Shown here: positions 11,908-22,812 of the stretch, one piece after another
How positions within the stretch are numbered: position 1 is the first letter of the stretch
Layout: each line of letters opens with the position of its first letter
Assembly (NCBI GenBank): GCA_019974015.1
Contig: BMAW01101096.1
Span: 406,909 to 435,228, forward strand
Length of the DNA stretch: 28,320 nt
Direction of reading: 5' to 3'
Source: Nephila pilipes
Lineage: Eukaryota
The notes under the pieces: generated by a model
What the model was told of the DNA's origin: nothing
Seen by the model: the letters and a program-made list of their open reading frames with translations, nothing else
Databases searched by the model: none
Made by a program: the position numbers and the translations under genes

Positions 11908-12008
11908 CCATCGTCACTTGACCGAGGTTCAAAATTACGAGGTCCGTCGTCAATAGCCCTCGTGTTGCTTCTAGTGCGACGTTAATACAATCAAATCAAT
12001 CCAATCAC
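11908..12008 (+). mobile_element. tRNA-derived SINE, copy 4 (5'-truncated, 3' ~100 bp only)
   Basis: The sequence is tcgtcacttgaccgaggttcaaaattacgaggtccgtcgtcaatagccctcgtgttgcttctagtgcgacgttaatacaatcaaatcaatccaatcacc. It matches the 3' domain and CAAT-repeat tail of the family. Confidence 0.75.
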
Positions 12009-12999
12009 CCTTCAACTGAATTTAGGTTTACCTGATTTGGGATTTGACAGCAAAAAAAAAGCCCTTAGTATCAATTGCCATTTTTCGCATACATTATTTA
12101 AGCTGAAAGTAAGCATAGGCAAAACTTACTTCGTAACGATGTTACTAATTATAACAATATAGTTTTTGTCTGTATAGTACTCAAGTATATTCTTCATCTT
12201 TCATATCGTTTTACCAAAAACACAAATATTGATAATTATATATTAACATTTATAAAATGACATTTTAATAATCAATCATTTTTTCTCTTTTTCTACTTAG
12301 GTGTCCCTTACAGAAGAAGACCACCAATAAACGATGGTAAATTTATTTCTGTTATTAAAAGAAGCAGATTGTGACATTATTTAACCTAATTTGATAAAGT
12401 GAAAAACGATGAGCTAATCCAGACCTAAACGGAGAATGTGACTATAAAAGATTACATAAAAACAATTTGTTTTTGTGTGATCTCTGAAATTCTAAAGTTA
12501 AATCGAAATAGTAACTTTTTACAAATGTTGCATTATGACTAATGCGTTTAGCTAAACGACTTTTTGAAAAAATTTATTTTCAAAAAAACTTACTTAGTTT
12601 TATGAAAAATAGTAGAACAATCCAAGTATTTGCATTTATTTTTGTGGCTTATTTCTCTATGTTATTGAAATGAAAAGAAAACACAATTCACTTAGATTAT
12701 TCAAGAAATATAATAACATTTTGAAACTATTTGTTATGGAAGATTAAAGAATAATATTATAAAAGTTATAACATTGTAAAAAGTTTAACCTTATTTTTAC
12801 TTAATATAACAAAATCTACTTTAATTAGAAGCTTAAGTAATGTTATCAAAGACTGTAACATTAGTTATAATTGACCATAAAAATAATATGTAACAAAAAA
12901 TTGCAATATCAATTTTCAATATTTTTGTTATCAAAGAATTTATTTTCTGTTTACACAACAATTTTTTTTTTATTTTTATGCAATTTTTATTATTTTCAG

Positions 13000-13223
13000 A
13001 ACCTTGTGAAAAGAAACACTGCAAATTCAATGGGGACTGTTTCGAAGAAAATCGCCGACCAACATGTCGCTGCCCAACTAACTGCAAGGAACATTATAAT
13101 CCTGTGTGTGCAAATGATGGTTTCACTTACAATACCGAATGTCAAATGAGGGTCGACTCCTGCCGAAAGAAGAAGAAAATTTATGTACGGCACGAAGGCC
13201 TATGCTCTCAATCAGAATTTTCA
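13000..13223 (+). CDS. AGRN: Follistatin-like / Kazal-type domain exon (first FS domain of agrin-like protein); 3' boundary uncertain
   Basis: The translation is EPCEKKHCKFNGDCFEENRRPTCRCPTNCKEHYNPVCANDGFTYNTECQMRVDSCRKKKKIYVRHEGLCS. It has 10 Cys in the follistatin-domain pattern: C..C...C..., then C.C...C, then the Kazal core PVC..DG.TY..EC......C, then H.G.C. It is preceded by a strong acceptor. The reading frame runs into TAA at 13224-13226 without an obvious in-phase GT donor. Confidence 0.6.
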
Positions 13224-15902
13224 TAAATCAGCTTAATTTTCTGCTCGATTTAAAACGGTAACGTAACAGATGCTAAATACTTATCCCTTTACAGAGAAAT
13301 GTTTACTATTTACCAGCAGTTTTGGAATTTTTAAAATAAATATATAGAAAAAGAAAATCATAAAATTCAACACTTTATTAAAATCTCAGGAAATTTTAAT
13401 AAAGATAAAATAATCATGATATACTAGACTAATTAATTTCTAAAACTATTTTAATTTTTTTAGGTAATATAAATACATTAAATAACCTTTCTCATAAGTA
13501 TGATTGATTTAGTATCATTCAATATTATTTCTTTCTAATTTCGATTCGTATAAATGAGTGAATGTGTTATTAATTAGATTGAATCGATAGATTTATAAAA
13601 GCATTCTATTTAGTACTTAGGCTCAACAAACTGTAGATTTTCCGTTGAAGTTCATAACTTTTATTTAGCACTGAACGGAACATCAGATATTTTACCTAAT
13701 TATTGACACTAATTTTTTTTTTTTTGTAAATATTCTTAGATAGTTTATTTTCTCATCAATTTATCAATCAATGAGTCAAAACCGCATCTATTTTTACCAT
13801 TTAATCCTAACAGCCAGATTTTGAATTAAACTAATTTAATAACTTTTTATTCAAATCAATGAGAAATAAGAGTTTCTTTTAAAAAAAAGCCTATTTTTTC
13901 AATATTCATTGATTTTTCAGATCTTCAATATTAGCATTTGGTAGCAATTAATGTTTCTAATGCTTTTAATTTTCTTTAACTGAACCACGTATACGAAATG
14001 CTATATCATTTTAAAAGATTCAAATTTCTCAATTTTGTAATTCAGCTTTTTCAGAAAATTTGTTGTTCAATTATTTTTATGAATAATGTCCTTTTAAAAT
14101 GGTGCCATTGTCACGTTTTTCACCTAATTCAATCCAATGAATTAATTGGAATATATAATTGATGAATAAAATTTAACTACATTTGAGATAGTTATGTAGT
14201 CTCCAGAAGTAGCAAGGTTTTTTCTTAAAATTCAATCACAAAGTTAATAGTCAAATAATTAGGCAGATTAGTCTTCAACTGAATACTCGTGTTTATCATT
14301 CTCTAGATAGAATAATCAACACATAAAATATTTATTACGTCTATTGGATCAAATCTCACGCTTCTTCTTTTAAAGAGTATCTAATAGAATTACTTATCTG
14401 AAATATTTCTAGGGTGAGTTCGAGTCAGTATCGAATCCGCATCAATGTTATCTATCGCATAATCTCTTGTCCACTATCTCCTTTTGCCTTCTAACATCTA
14501 CTATTATCTTCCTTCTATTAGTCTCCCTCTATACACTAACCTACAATCTACTATTGCTGTGCCAATATTTCTTTCCCATTATCAACTATTCAATTTATAG
14601 TAACTCTGATTTGTATAATGCATAATTTGAGTTGTTAAAATTAATCAATGTTTTAGAAATGTCCATAAGGACAGTTAAAGGGAAGTAGGCATCCTAACAC
14701 TACAGTTACACTAGTTATACGACTGTGATAAAATTATTTCTTTTCTTAAAAAATATTACTGGATTTGCCTCATTTTAACCTATTATTTCTTTTTCCAAAA
14801 CATAAACACGTAGTGTTCTCTTAAAAAATTACTCAATGAATGCAATCATATTTTTTGAAGACAGTATCCTTGCATTTATATAATAACGACCTTTCGTTTT
14901 CAATAAAATGGTTCAGGTGTGTAAAATAATGTCTAGCAAGACAAAATAATTTGTTATTTTATATTTTTGTACATATAGTAACTTTATAAGAGGTATAAAA
15001 ATGTATTTTTTTATTTCGTGTAACGGATTTTATGTAAAATTGTGTAATGCATGTATAAAAATTAGTTTTTGAAATAATAAGTTCAAAAAAAACTGTTTTA
15101 TTTAGTTGCTTGTCATTTTTTAAATCAAGCTAGAGTAGCGATTTTTATTTTCCTTATTCAAAAATTTTCATGGCAAATATAAATTCAGATAAGTATTTTA
15201 AAGGAAAATCTTTATTTCTGTAAGAGAGTAATCCGTAGCTTTCAAACAAAATATACATTTTTTTTTTTCCTAGTTAGAAAGGGAAGTCTATATCAGGGAA
15301 GACATATTTTCCCTGATAAGAATTTCCTCTTCTTTAGTTCTTCTCTTTTCTATATTTCTCCCTTAGCCGCCTAATTATTAAAGTTTGAAATTTGAGTCTC
15401 ACCTCACCATTATCAATGACTATCTATTAAGAGTGTTAACCACCTTAGATATGGGCTTAAAACTTGGCCAAATAAGTAATTCCTTGATCACTAGAGATGT
15501 TTAATGGTTAGTTTTTGATCACTCAAAATAATTCTTTTAATACCAAATATTTAATTTTCCTGTCTGAAAGATTTTTGTACAACACTCCCTCTAACGCATA
15601 AGTTGCTCATGCGTCATAAACCATAAATTTCACGCGCTCACTCATACACAAATAACTCCATTCACGTAAAAAATCGTATTTGTTTAAGTGAAATTTTTTA
15701 AAATTCATTTTCATTTTGTTTTTCAATATTTTTGAATATTGTCATTCAATGAAATTTGAATCATTGTGTTTGGTTTAATAAGGAAAATACTGGTGAAAAC
15801 ATGAAATAACTTTCATTCACATTCCTATCTATACATTTAAAACAGTTTTTGAACATATAGTTTCCCATTTTAGTTCTTGTTGCATTAAATTTTAGATATA
15901 TT

Positions 15903-15934
<32 letters not shown>

Positions 15935-15938
15935 TATA
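15903..15938. repeat. (TTA)n followed by (TA)n microsatellite
   Basis: ttattattattattattattattatatatatatata. Confidence 0.95.
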
Positions 15939-16699
15939 GGCAAAGTATGTAGATGTAAAAATGGATAAATGTAAATGAATTTATTCTACTTTAATGCAAG
16001 TATTATCTAATTTTTTTCTCCTTTATTTTTTGTGATATAATGAGATTAAATTTTTTTTTTTGCTTGAGGATAAACATATTTTTGATTAAATTTAAATAAA
16101 TCTTGTACAACATAAACTCTCCAACGTGTGAATACTTAACTTCATAATAACAGTTTTAAGATAACAACTCTAAAAAACGTTATTTTATTTATGACGATTC
16201 CCTTTATATAACACTTACTTGAACTGAATTATATTTTCTATTTAGAATAGAATCAGTTTTTTAATCCCTTTCTACTTTAAATGTAAAATATTCGATCTAT
16301 TATAAAATTTTCTTGTATGTCTAGACAACTTTTATCCCTGACAGATAAGTACAATGAAAGATACATGAAACAACAAAAACTCTAGATAACACATTATACA
16401 ATTTTTTAAGTAACAAGTATGTATTATGAAAATTTGAAAAACTGTAAAGTTAAAAGCAATTACATCTTTAGTAAAATCACAATAGTAAAGTATTTAAAAT
16501 AATTTAAATACATAATTGAGCTCTACAAATAATTAAAATTGATTAACGGTCTTTAAAAAACTTGAAAGAGAGCTGCATTACGGAAGTAAAAACCACATGA
16601 AAATAAAATAATATAAACATTCAAATAAATTTATCAAACAAATATATAAATTAACATGAAGCAATATATCAATCAACATCAAATAAATTTATCAAGTAA

Positions 16700-17990
16700 A
16701 ATAAAGTAAGTTTCGTCAGTTTCTTGAAAGAGTAGATGATACACCGGATGAAATAAACAACCGCTATAAAAATCCACACGAAACGATGGAAATAGCGTCA
16801 GCAGGCTCAGAGTGATGAAGACAAGAGAATAGCAGCTTAACGGCGTGCCCGAGGTTTTTCGAGTACATATCATGGTGGCAGACAGACGTGTACTGACATT
16901 GGGGTGAGCAGTAGAAGAATGCGCTGTTATCGGGTATGAATGTACACGTGGGACTAATGTGCCCGTCATCCATGAACGTCTATAGACCATGTATGGTGAA
17001 CAAGTCATGTCTCGTCGAAAGGCTGGACATTTGTGTTGTATATTCCATGAAGGAAGGCAGAGTGTGGAGGGTAAAGGTCGAATTGGGCTTCCCTCCGCAT
17101 CCACGAATGAAAACAGCATTGCTAGAGTACAGGATATGGTGTTAGCCGACAGGCACATAACGGTGTCAGACGTAGTGTCCATACTGCGTATTGGTTGTGC
17201 TCAAGCCCATCACCTTCTCCATGATGTATCAGCAAGATGGGTGATAAGAAACCTAACCTCGGATCACAACAGTGAGAGAATGGGAATCAACCTCGATCAT
17301 TTGATACGGTACGCGCGAAAAGAAAATGAGTTCCTGTTCAGAATCATCGCTAGAGTTGAAACGAGTGCTCCACTTCACCCCAGAAACCAATACCTCCTCA
17401 ATGACAGGGAAGCATCCCAGTTCACCAAAGAGGATAGCATTCAAAGTTCTGGGACCCACCACAGGAAATGTTGACACTATTCAGGGACGCGAAAGGTGTG
17501 ATTATCTTTGATTTCCTTCGTCAAGATACCATTAAAGCGGAACGCTACTGCGACACCCTCTCCAAACTCGGGTCCATCATTCGATGAAAGAGAGCACGGC
17601 TCTTGAGTCTAGGTGTTGTGCTGTTTGATGACAAGGCAAAACTACTCACAGTAAGGCTCATGCAAGATCAGATTCGTTGTTTCGGATGGGAGAGATTTGA
17701 TCACCTGGCCTACAGCCCCGATCTAGCCCCCACGGACTGTCACCATTTCCCTGCATTGAAAGCCGCACACTCGGGACGTCACTTCCAAATCAATGCTGAA
17801 GTAGAGCAGGCTGTGCCGCAGTTCCTTGCATATCAGAACATCGAATTTTTCCAGAGTGGTTTCTTCAAACAACTGATTGCACGCGACGATAAATGTCTCA
17901 TTGTAGGTGGAGGGTTTATCGAAAAGTAGTGCAATGTGTATAACTTATGATGACATAGTTTATTATTATTAACAATTTTGGCAATAAAAT
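16700..17990 (+). mobile_element. Degenerate mariner-like element (MLE; Tc1/mariner superfamily); terminal inverted repeats (TIRs) not confidently delimited, boundaries approximate
   Basis: It contains a mariner transposase-homologous reading frame, described in the next feature. It is followed immediately by a compound (CT)n(CA)n(AT)n(GT)n microsatellite at 18033-18124. Confidence 0.7.
16872..17929 (+). pseudogene. Mariner transposase pseudogene (at least 2 in-frame stops and 2 frameshifts)
   Basis: The N-terminal part is in one frame: M..VIHERL*TMYGEQVMSRRKAGHLCCIFHEGRQSVEGKGRIGLPS..NENSIARVQDMVLADRHITV...SARWVIRNLTSDHNSERMGINLDHLIRYARKENEFLFRIIARVETSAPL. Compare Mos1 HRMLVEAFGEQV...WFQRFKSGDF...RWVPHELNE...FLHRIVTGDE. 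It then shifts to LHFTPETNTSSMTGKHPSSP (WKHPGSP motif). It then shifts again to VLFDDKAKLLT...WERFDHLAYSPDLAPTDCHHFPALKAAHSGRHFQ...EQAVPQFLAYQNIEFFQSGFFKQLIARDDKCLIVGGGFIEK. Compare Hsmar1 LLHDNARPH...YEVLPHPPYSPDLSPTDYHFFKHLDNFLQGKRF...FQEFVESRSTDFYATGINKLISRWQKCVDCNGSYFD. Confidence 0.8.
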
Positions 17991-18032
17991 TTCCGTGTGA
18001 AAAAAAATGACAACACTTAATTTTAGAATATC

Positions 18033-18047
18033 CCTCTCTCACACACA

Positions 18048-18124
<77 letters not shown>
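18033..18124. repeat. Compound microsatellite (CT)n(CA)n(AT)18(GT)19 directly 3' of the mariner remnant
   Basis: cctctctcacacacactc, then (at)n at 18051-18086, then (gt)n at 18087-18124. Confidence 0.95.
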
Positions 18125-18126
<2 letters not shown>

Positions 18127-18624
18127 GATTTTCCAGCTAATTATTAAGCAATTAATTTTATTTTTTCAATCTATTGTAAAACCAGTTCCTCCGATACTCA
18201 ATAGATGTCGCCACGAATCAGAGTCATGTGATAAGCTCATGTAGCGCCACCTATCCCAGAACAAAACTAAGTGACACTTCGTTTTCGCTCTGTCTCTCTC
18301 TTCTCTTCTCCTTCGTTACCCGCGTCGGAAGTTAACTTCAAACGCCCGAGGGCGTTCCAGCGCCCATCGCCAATATGGGTTAAATGAGGCAGCCATCTAT
18401 CTTTATCTGACGAACTGGTCAACTTACTTTTCATATCATAGTGTAAATACTTTTCATTCTTCATCATCTCTCCTAATAAACAAATAAAGCTACTGCAAGC
18501 TTCATCCTTGAATATCATCAACAACATTACATGGAATCCGAAACTACCCCCTAGACAACCAGCCCATTGCGTAAGAGCAAACCATCGTAGATTCGGGATG
18601 AACAATCTCCTTCACCCCAATATC

Positions 18625-18627
<3 letters not shown>

Positions 18628-18710
<83 letters not shown>
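18628..18710. repeat. Compound microsatellite (TA)n(GATA)n(GA)n
   Basis: atatatat...atagatatagatagatagatagatagagagagagagaga. Confidence 0.95.
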
Positions 18711-19355
18711 TTTCTGAACTTTAATATTTTACTATTCTGAGATATAACATTTCAGATGTTAAAAAAGTCGAATGGGTACTTCATGTGTATCAGTTTCCAT
18801 TTGTTACTAATTAAATCTTTATATACATAAAATTTCTGAGATTTTATAATCTATTTCCTATTTTTTTTTACGTTTCATCCATGTTAGATGACACCCTCCT
18901 ACACACATACGTTTGTGTGTATGTGTATGGTCTCATATTTATCTTTAAGCTGCTTTATTGATTACTTACTTTGTATTTTTAAACATAGGTCTATGAAAAA
19001 TCTCACAGTTTATTCTCTCTAAAAATGTTCTCGTGTTGCCTATAAATTTGACGTGATATTGGCTAAATATATTTTTGAAATAATTATTTTTTATTTTTCA
19101 AATAAAACATATCATTTTGATAGTTATAAATTTTAAATAAAGTAAGCGGACTGAAGGTTTTAGGAACCTTGAAATAATTTTTAAGAACTCGTGCTTCTAT
19201 AAAGGAGGATTTGTAGGTGGCATTTTCTTATCTTATATTTTTCCCAATAAGAATATTTTTTAAGAAAATTACAAAATGAATTTCTCTTATATATTTACCT
19301 ATTCGTCTTAAATGAAAGAGAAAAAAACCAGTTAAATTTAGTTAATTATTGTATA

Positions 19356-19628
19356 CGAGATTTGTTTCAATTCGAACACTTGTTCTAAGACATTCAAAAA
19401 TAAATTGAGTATTTTAATTTTCAAAAATTTATGCTCTGAAACCTGAATTTTATGAATAAATGGACACATTTAAGAATGTTGATTATTATAAACGAGATCT
19501 GTTTTGATCCCATCACTTGTTTTAAAACATCCAAAAATAAACTAAATACTCTAGTTTTTAAAAACTTATACTCTGAAACCTGAAATTAATGAATAATTGG
19601 ACATATTTAAGGATGTTGAACCATAACA
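19356..19628. repeat. Tandem duplication of a ~137-bp unit (2 copies, ~80% identical)
   Basis: Unit 1 (19356-19492) is cgagatttgtttcaattcgaacacttgttctaagacattcaaaaataaattgagtatttt...ctctgaaacctgaattttatgaataaatggacacatttaagaatgttga. Unit 2 (19493-19628) is cgagatctgttttgatcccatcacttgttttaaaacatccaaaaataaactaaatactct...ctctgaaacctgaaattaatgaataattggacatatttaaggatgttga. Confidence 0.8.
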
Positions 19629-20510
19629 AAAGATGGAAGTCAATGACCTTTCCTATCGAAGAAAACATTATTCCTCTCAGCTTTTACTTCGAATTTCAGC
19701 CGTTGAAAACTTTAAGTGTAAACTTGATGATTAATTGTCTCAAAGGAAAGGTTAAGCAGACTTTGAAAATATTACATCTTTATTCTCTCGCTTGAGTAGC
19801 TACCTTCATTTGCAACTTATCCGGGCTAAATACCAAAGGATCATGTCATGTTAAATTTCATATTCAATTTTTAAAGTGCATAATATCATTGAATTTTGAA
19901 TCCTGAAGGAGAACGGGGAGGCTTTGCTAGGCATGGACGTTATTATTAAGAAATGAAGTATTTAATAATCGAGGTATCGGTAAAAGAAAAGAGATATCTA
20001 GACCTAATCATTTGCTCTTTAAAATAAAATATTAATCAATCGTAATTATTCAAAAAGGGAAACAACTCATTTAAAATGTTCAGTAAATAATAATTTTTTT
20101 AAATATATTCTAAAGTAGAAAAATTGATAATTATAACGAACGAAAAGCTAAAAATAAGGATGTGTATCAATTTTAAGCTTACTTTCGATTTATTCAGAAT
20201 GAAATAAAAGCATTTTCATACAGAACTATTGCGTTAAATCCATTTTCCTTCACAACTCTTATAAGAATGTAACGCGTTTCTTAACAAAATCATTTAACTT
20301 ATTTTCTAAGATCTTATTTAATTCCTGGTATGCTTATCAATTTCGTTGTTCAGAAAACATGCTTAAAATCCTAGAATTCTAAGCTTTCTAACATATTTTC
20401 TAAGATATACACGAACGAATAAAATTTCGAATGCTATATGATTAATTTATTTGTTCACCAACATTTTTACTGCCGGTGTAAACTAATACGCACACACGCA
20501 TGTTTATATT

Positions 20511-20740
20511 GTTGTTGTATATATTATACCTATATATGTATATGTATATAAGTATGTATATGTATAATATTATATATAATATATAATAATAACTTCAACA
20601 TGTATAATATATATAATAACATATATTCATATATAATAACTATATATACTTTCTCACTTATGATATATATGAATATATTATATATGTATTATTCATAATA
20701 TACATATATATATGATATATGTATATAAAATCTTTATAAA
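20511..20740. repeat. Low-complexity TA-rich imperfect tandem/inverted repeat block (tatatgtata / tataataa motifs)
   Basis: About 230 bp composed almost entirely of A/T, with recurring tatatgtata, ataatatatat and tatataataac motifs. Confidence 0.8.
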
Positions 20741-21308
20741 GAAACTTTTTTCAATTAAAAGATTCCAAAAGAGGATATTTTGCCGGCTGGTTGAGAAGTA
20801 AGTATTTGAATTTCGTTTCTTTCAAATAACGTTATTCCATAGTTTTCTTTTAACAAGAAATTACTTTGCTCTGATATGTTTTAATAGAGAATTATTTAAC
20901 CATTAGAGGTGTTTTAACACCTCTTAGTATTCAGAAAAAAGTTCAGCTGCAATCGTTTTTTTTTTTCCTTCTAATCATAAGCAGTCTATATAATATGATA
21001 TATTTTATTCATATTGTATGAATCCTGTTCTAGTTTCGTGTAATAATACATTATTAATATTTATGTTTGTCAAGAAAACTTTTTCACTGCAGAGCATTTA
21101 ACGTTGTTTCTTAGGTTATTGAATCAAATCTTAAACATGATATTATTCATATTTAGTTAATAGATTTCGGAAAAACAGTTGAGTTTAGTTTTTAGTTGTT
21201 CATTTCTATATGACTTTACCGCCAGATACAATTTTTAATTTGACTCTTTCAATATGGCAAGAGGAATTTGTAAATTGAAGAAGAGCTTATAAGTTTTTTT
21301 AAGAATGT

Positions 21309-22640
21309 ACACTGGCCTTCAAAAGTTAAGGTACAACCGGTTTTTTGCATTTATTTTACAAATTAATGAATGCAGAAACAACAAATTTGAAGGAAATGTG
21401 CATTAAACAGTTATCTATTAAATGCGTCAAAGAAACTTACTTCAGTTTAAAGCAAAAATGATTTACAACAAAAAAAAACATTCTTGACGGAAAAGTTCAT
21501 TCTGGAGAATACATAATATTACAGTTTTATGCGGTAAAATGTCACAGAAACATTATAAAACAAGGTTTTAATAAGGAATGTGTCCACCCCTAATGTCGTC
21601 AATTAAGTTGTTGGACACCGAAATGAGAAGCGATGGCCTGACACGAAGTAAACCCTGTTCCAGCTCATGTAACGATCTTGAATAAGGACTTAAAACAGCA
21701 ACCTGTCTGCCAAGATAGTCCCAAAGATATTCTACCAGATTCGGGTCCGGAGATTGAGCTGGCCATTCCGTTCGCTTCAAACCGTTTTCTCAAGATAGTC
21801 CTCAACAACCTCACCTCAGTGAGGTCATGCATTATCATCCCTCAGAATGAAATCCATACCAATAGCACCAGCACATGGATGGACATATGGATCAAGTATC
21901 TCATTCCAGTGTCTCACACCAGTCAGAGTTCCTCCATGGAACACATGCAGATCAGTGGGATCCCTGTCCAAACTATGATTCCACTACCTCTATAACCGTG
22001 CCTTTCAAAAGTGTTGGGTTGATGGTATCTGATGCGTTGTTCACTACAGATCAGCAGACTCCCTGATTTGTTCTCCAGAGGGAATCTGTGCTCCTCTGTG
22101 GAGAGTACAGGACCCCATTGCTGTTTGGTCCAGGAAAGGCGTTCTCTTGCCCAACATAAGCAGGGCCCTTTACTGTTGTCCGATGAGAGGAACACATACA
22201 ACTAATCGTATTGTATACAAACCTGCATTGTGAAGGCGTCTTCGCGCTGTAGTAGCGCAGATTCTTCTTCCTGATGCTACAAAGTGTTCTGCAACGAGCT
22301 GCGGCACAGTATTAGTTCTTCTCCTTTTGGGACGAAAAAGCCAGAAAATGTTTTTTTGCAGGTGTTGTAGATCGTGGTCGGCCAGGAACATGTCTTCTGG
22401 ACACAGAATCTTCGGATTTATATTGATTCCAAAGTCGTTGGACTACACTGCAAGACACATTGAGACGTCTAGCAGCATCAGTCGGTGATAACCCTATTTC
22501 CATCTATCCTATCGCCCGCCTCCTTAACGAATCAGCTAAACGATTTCTCCTAGACATTACTAGACTCTACTGACTATTGTCAATGAAACTGCCTACAACA
22601 ACTGAAAATAAACAATTGGAGTGTAACTTGTAATTTCATA
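21309..22640 (-). mobile_element. Degenerate Tc1-like element (minus strand); 3' terminus precise, 5' terminus approximate
   Basis: On the plus strand at 21307-21320 the sequence is ta|cactggccttc. This is the reverse complement of the Tc1-family terminus …GGCCAGTG|TA with a TA target dinucleotide. Transposase-homologous ORF fragments lie between 21568 and 22503. The 5' TIR is not clearly recognisable. There is a weak candidate near 22800-22818. Confidence 0.65.
21568..22503 (-). pseudogene. Tc1-like transposase pseudogene (fragments in three frames)
   Basis: These are minus-strand ORFs. 22503-22312 gives ...LSPTDAARRLNVSCSVVQRLW...PGRPRSTTPAKKHFL (HTH plus the SGRPR-TT motif). 22391-22170 gives ...ATTARRRLHNAGL. 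22201-21923 gives ...WTKQQWGPVLSTEEHRF.L.......RYHQ.......GSGIIVWTG (compare Tc1 W..W..VLFSDESKF.L...GGGSVMVWG). 21780-21568 gives EWPAQSPDPNLVEYLWDYLGRQV...LEQGLLRVRPSLLISVSNNLIDDIRGGHIPY (compare [20 protein letters not shown]...AW..IP...I.KLIDSMPRRC..VI...G..TKY). Confidence 0.8.
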
Positions 22641-22812
22641 AGAAGCTTTATTTTTAATTGTTCAATTTGAAAATATTTATAAGGCGATATAATGTTGAAA
22701 TTTTTAAGTGAAGAATATAAAATTGGATGAATGTATCATTTTCTATCAAATGCAATAGGTTAATATAATTTTAAAAAGAAATGTATGTCTATTTCACTTA
22801 AGAATCCTTCGT

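Larger units (their letters stand above)
5924..12999 (+). other. Phase-1 intron (~7.1 kb) between the NtA exon and the follistatin-like exon; contains SINE copies 3 and 4 and a truncated LINE
   Basis: The donor GT is at 5924-5925. There is a polypyrimidine tract ttttttttttatttttatgcaatttttattattttcag with AG at 12998-12999. Splicing 5923 to 13000 gives the codon g+aa = E and keeps the frame (…ATVK|EPCEKKHC…). There could be additional small exons that I did not detect. Confidence 0.5.

Noticed and set aside
12871-13193. ORFs 12871-13149 (+) and 12996-13193 (-) overlapping the follistatin-like exon
   Set aside because: These are alternative frames or antisense of the Cys-rich FS-domain exon. 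Only the 12978-13226 frame gives the conserved 10-Cys Kazal/follistatin pattern.
14400-14600. CT-rich stop-free stretch with repeated tctactatt motifs ending in an acceptor-like tttatag
   Set aside because: The translation is low-complexity (L/S/T/I-rich) with no domain signature. It looks like pyrimidine-rich intronic sequence, not an exon.
16679-17182. 167-aa minus-strand ORF and several other 60-75 aa ORFs overlapping the mariner region
   Set aside because: They are antisense or alternate-frame readthrough of the mariner transposase remnant. No independent homology. The plus-strand frame carries the transposase signal.
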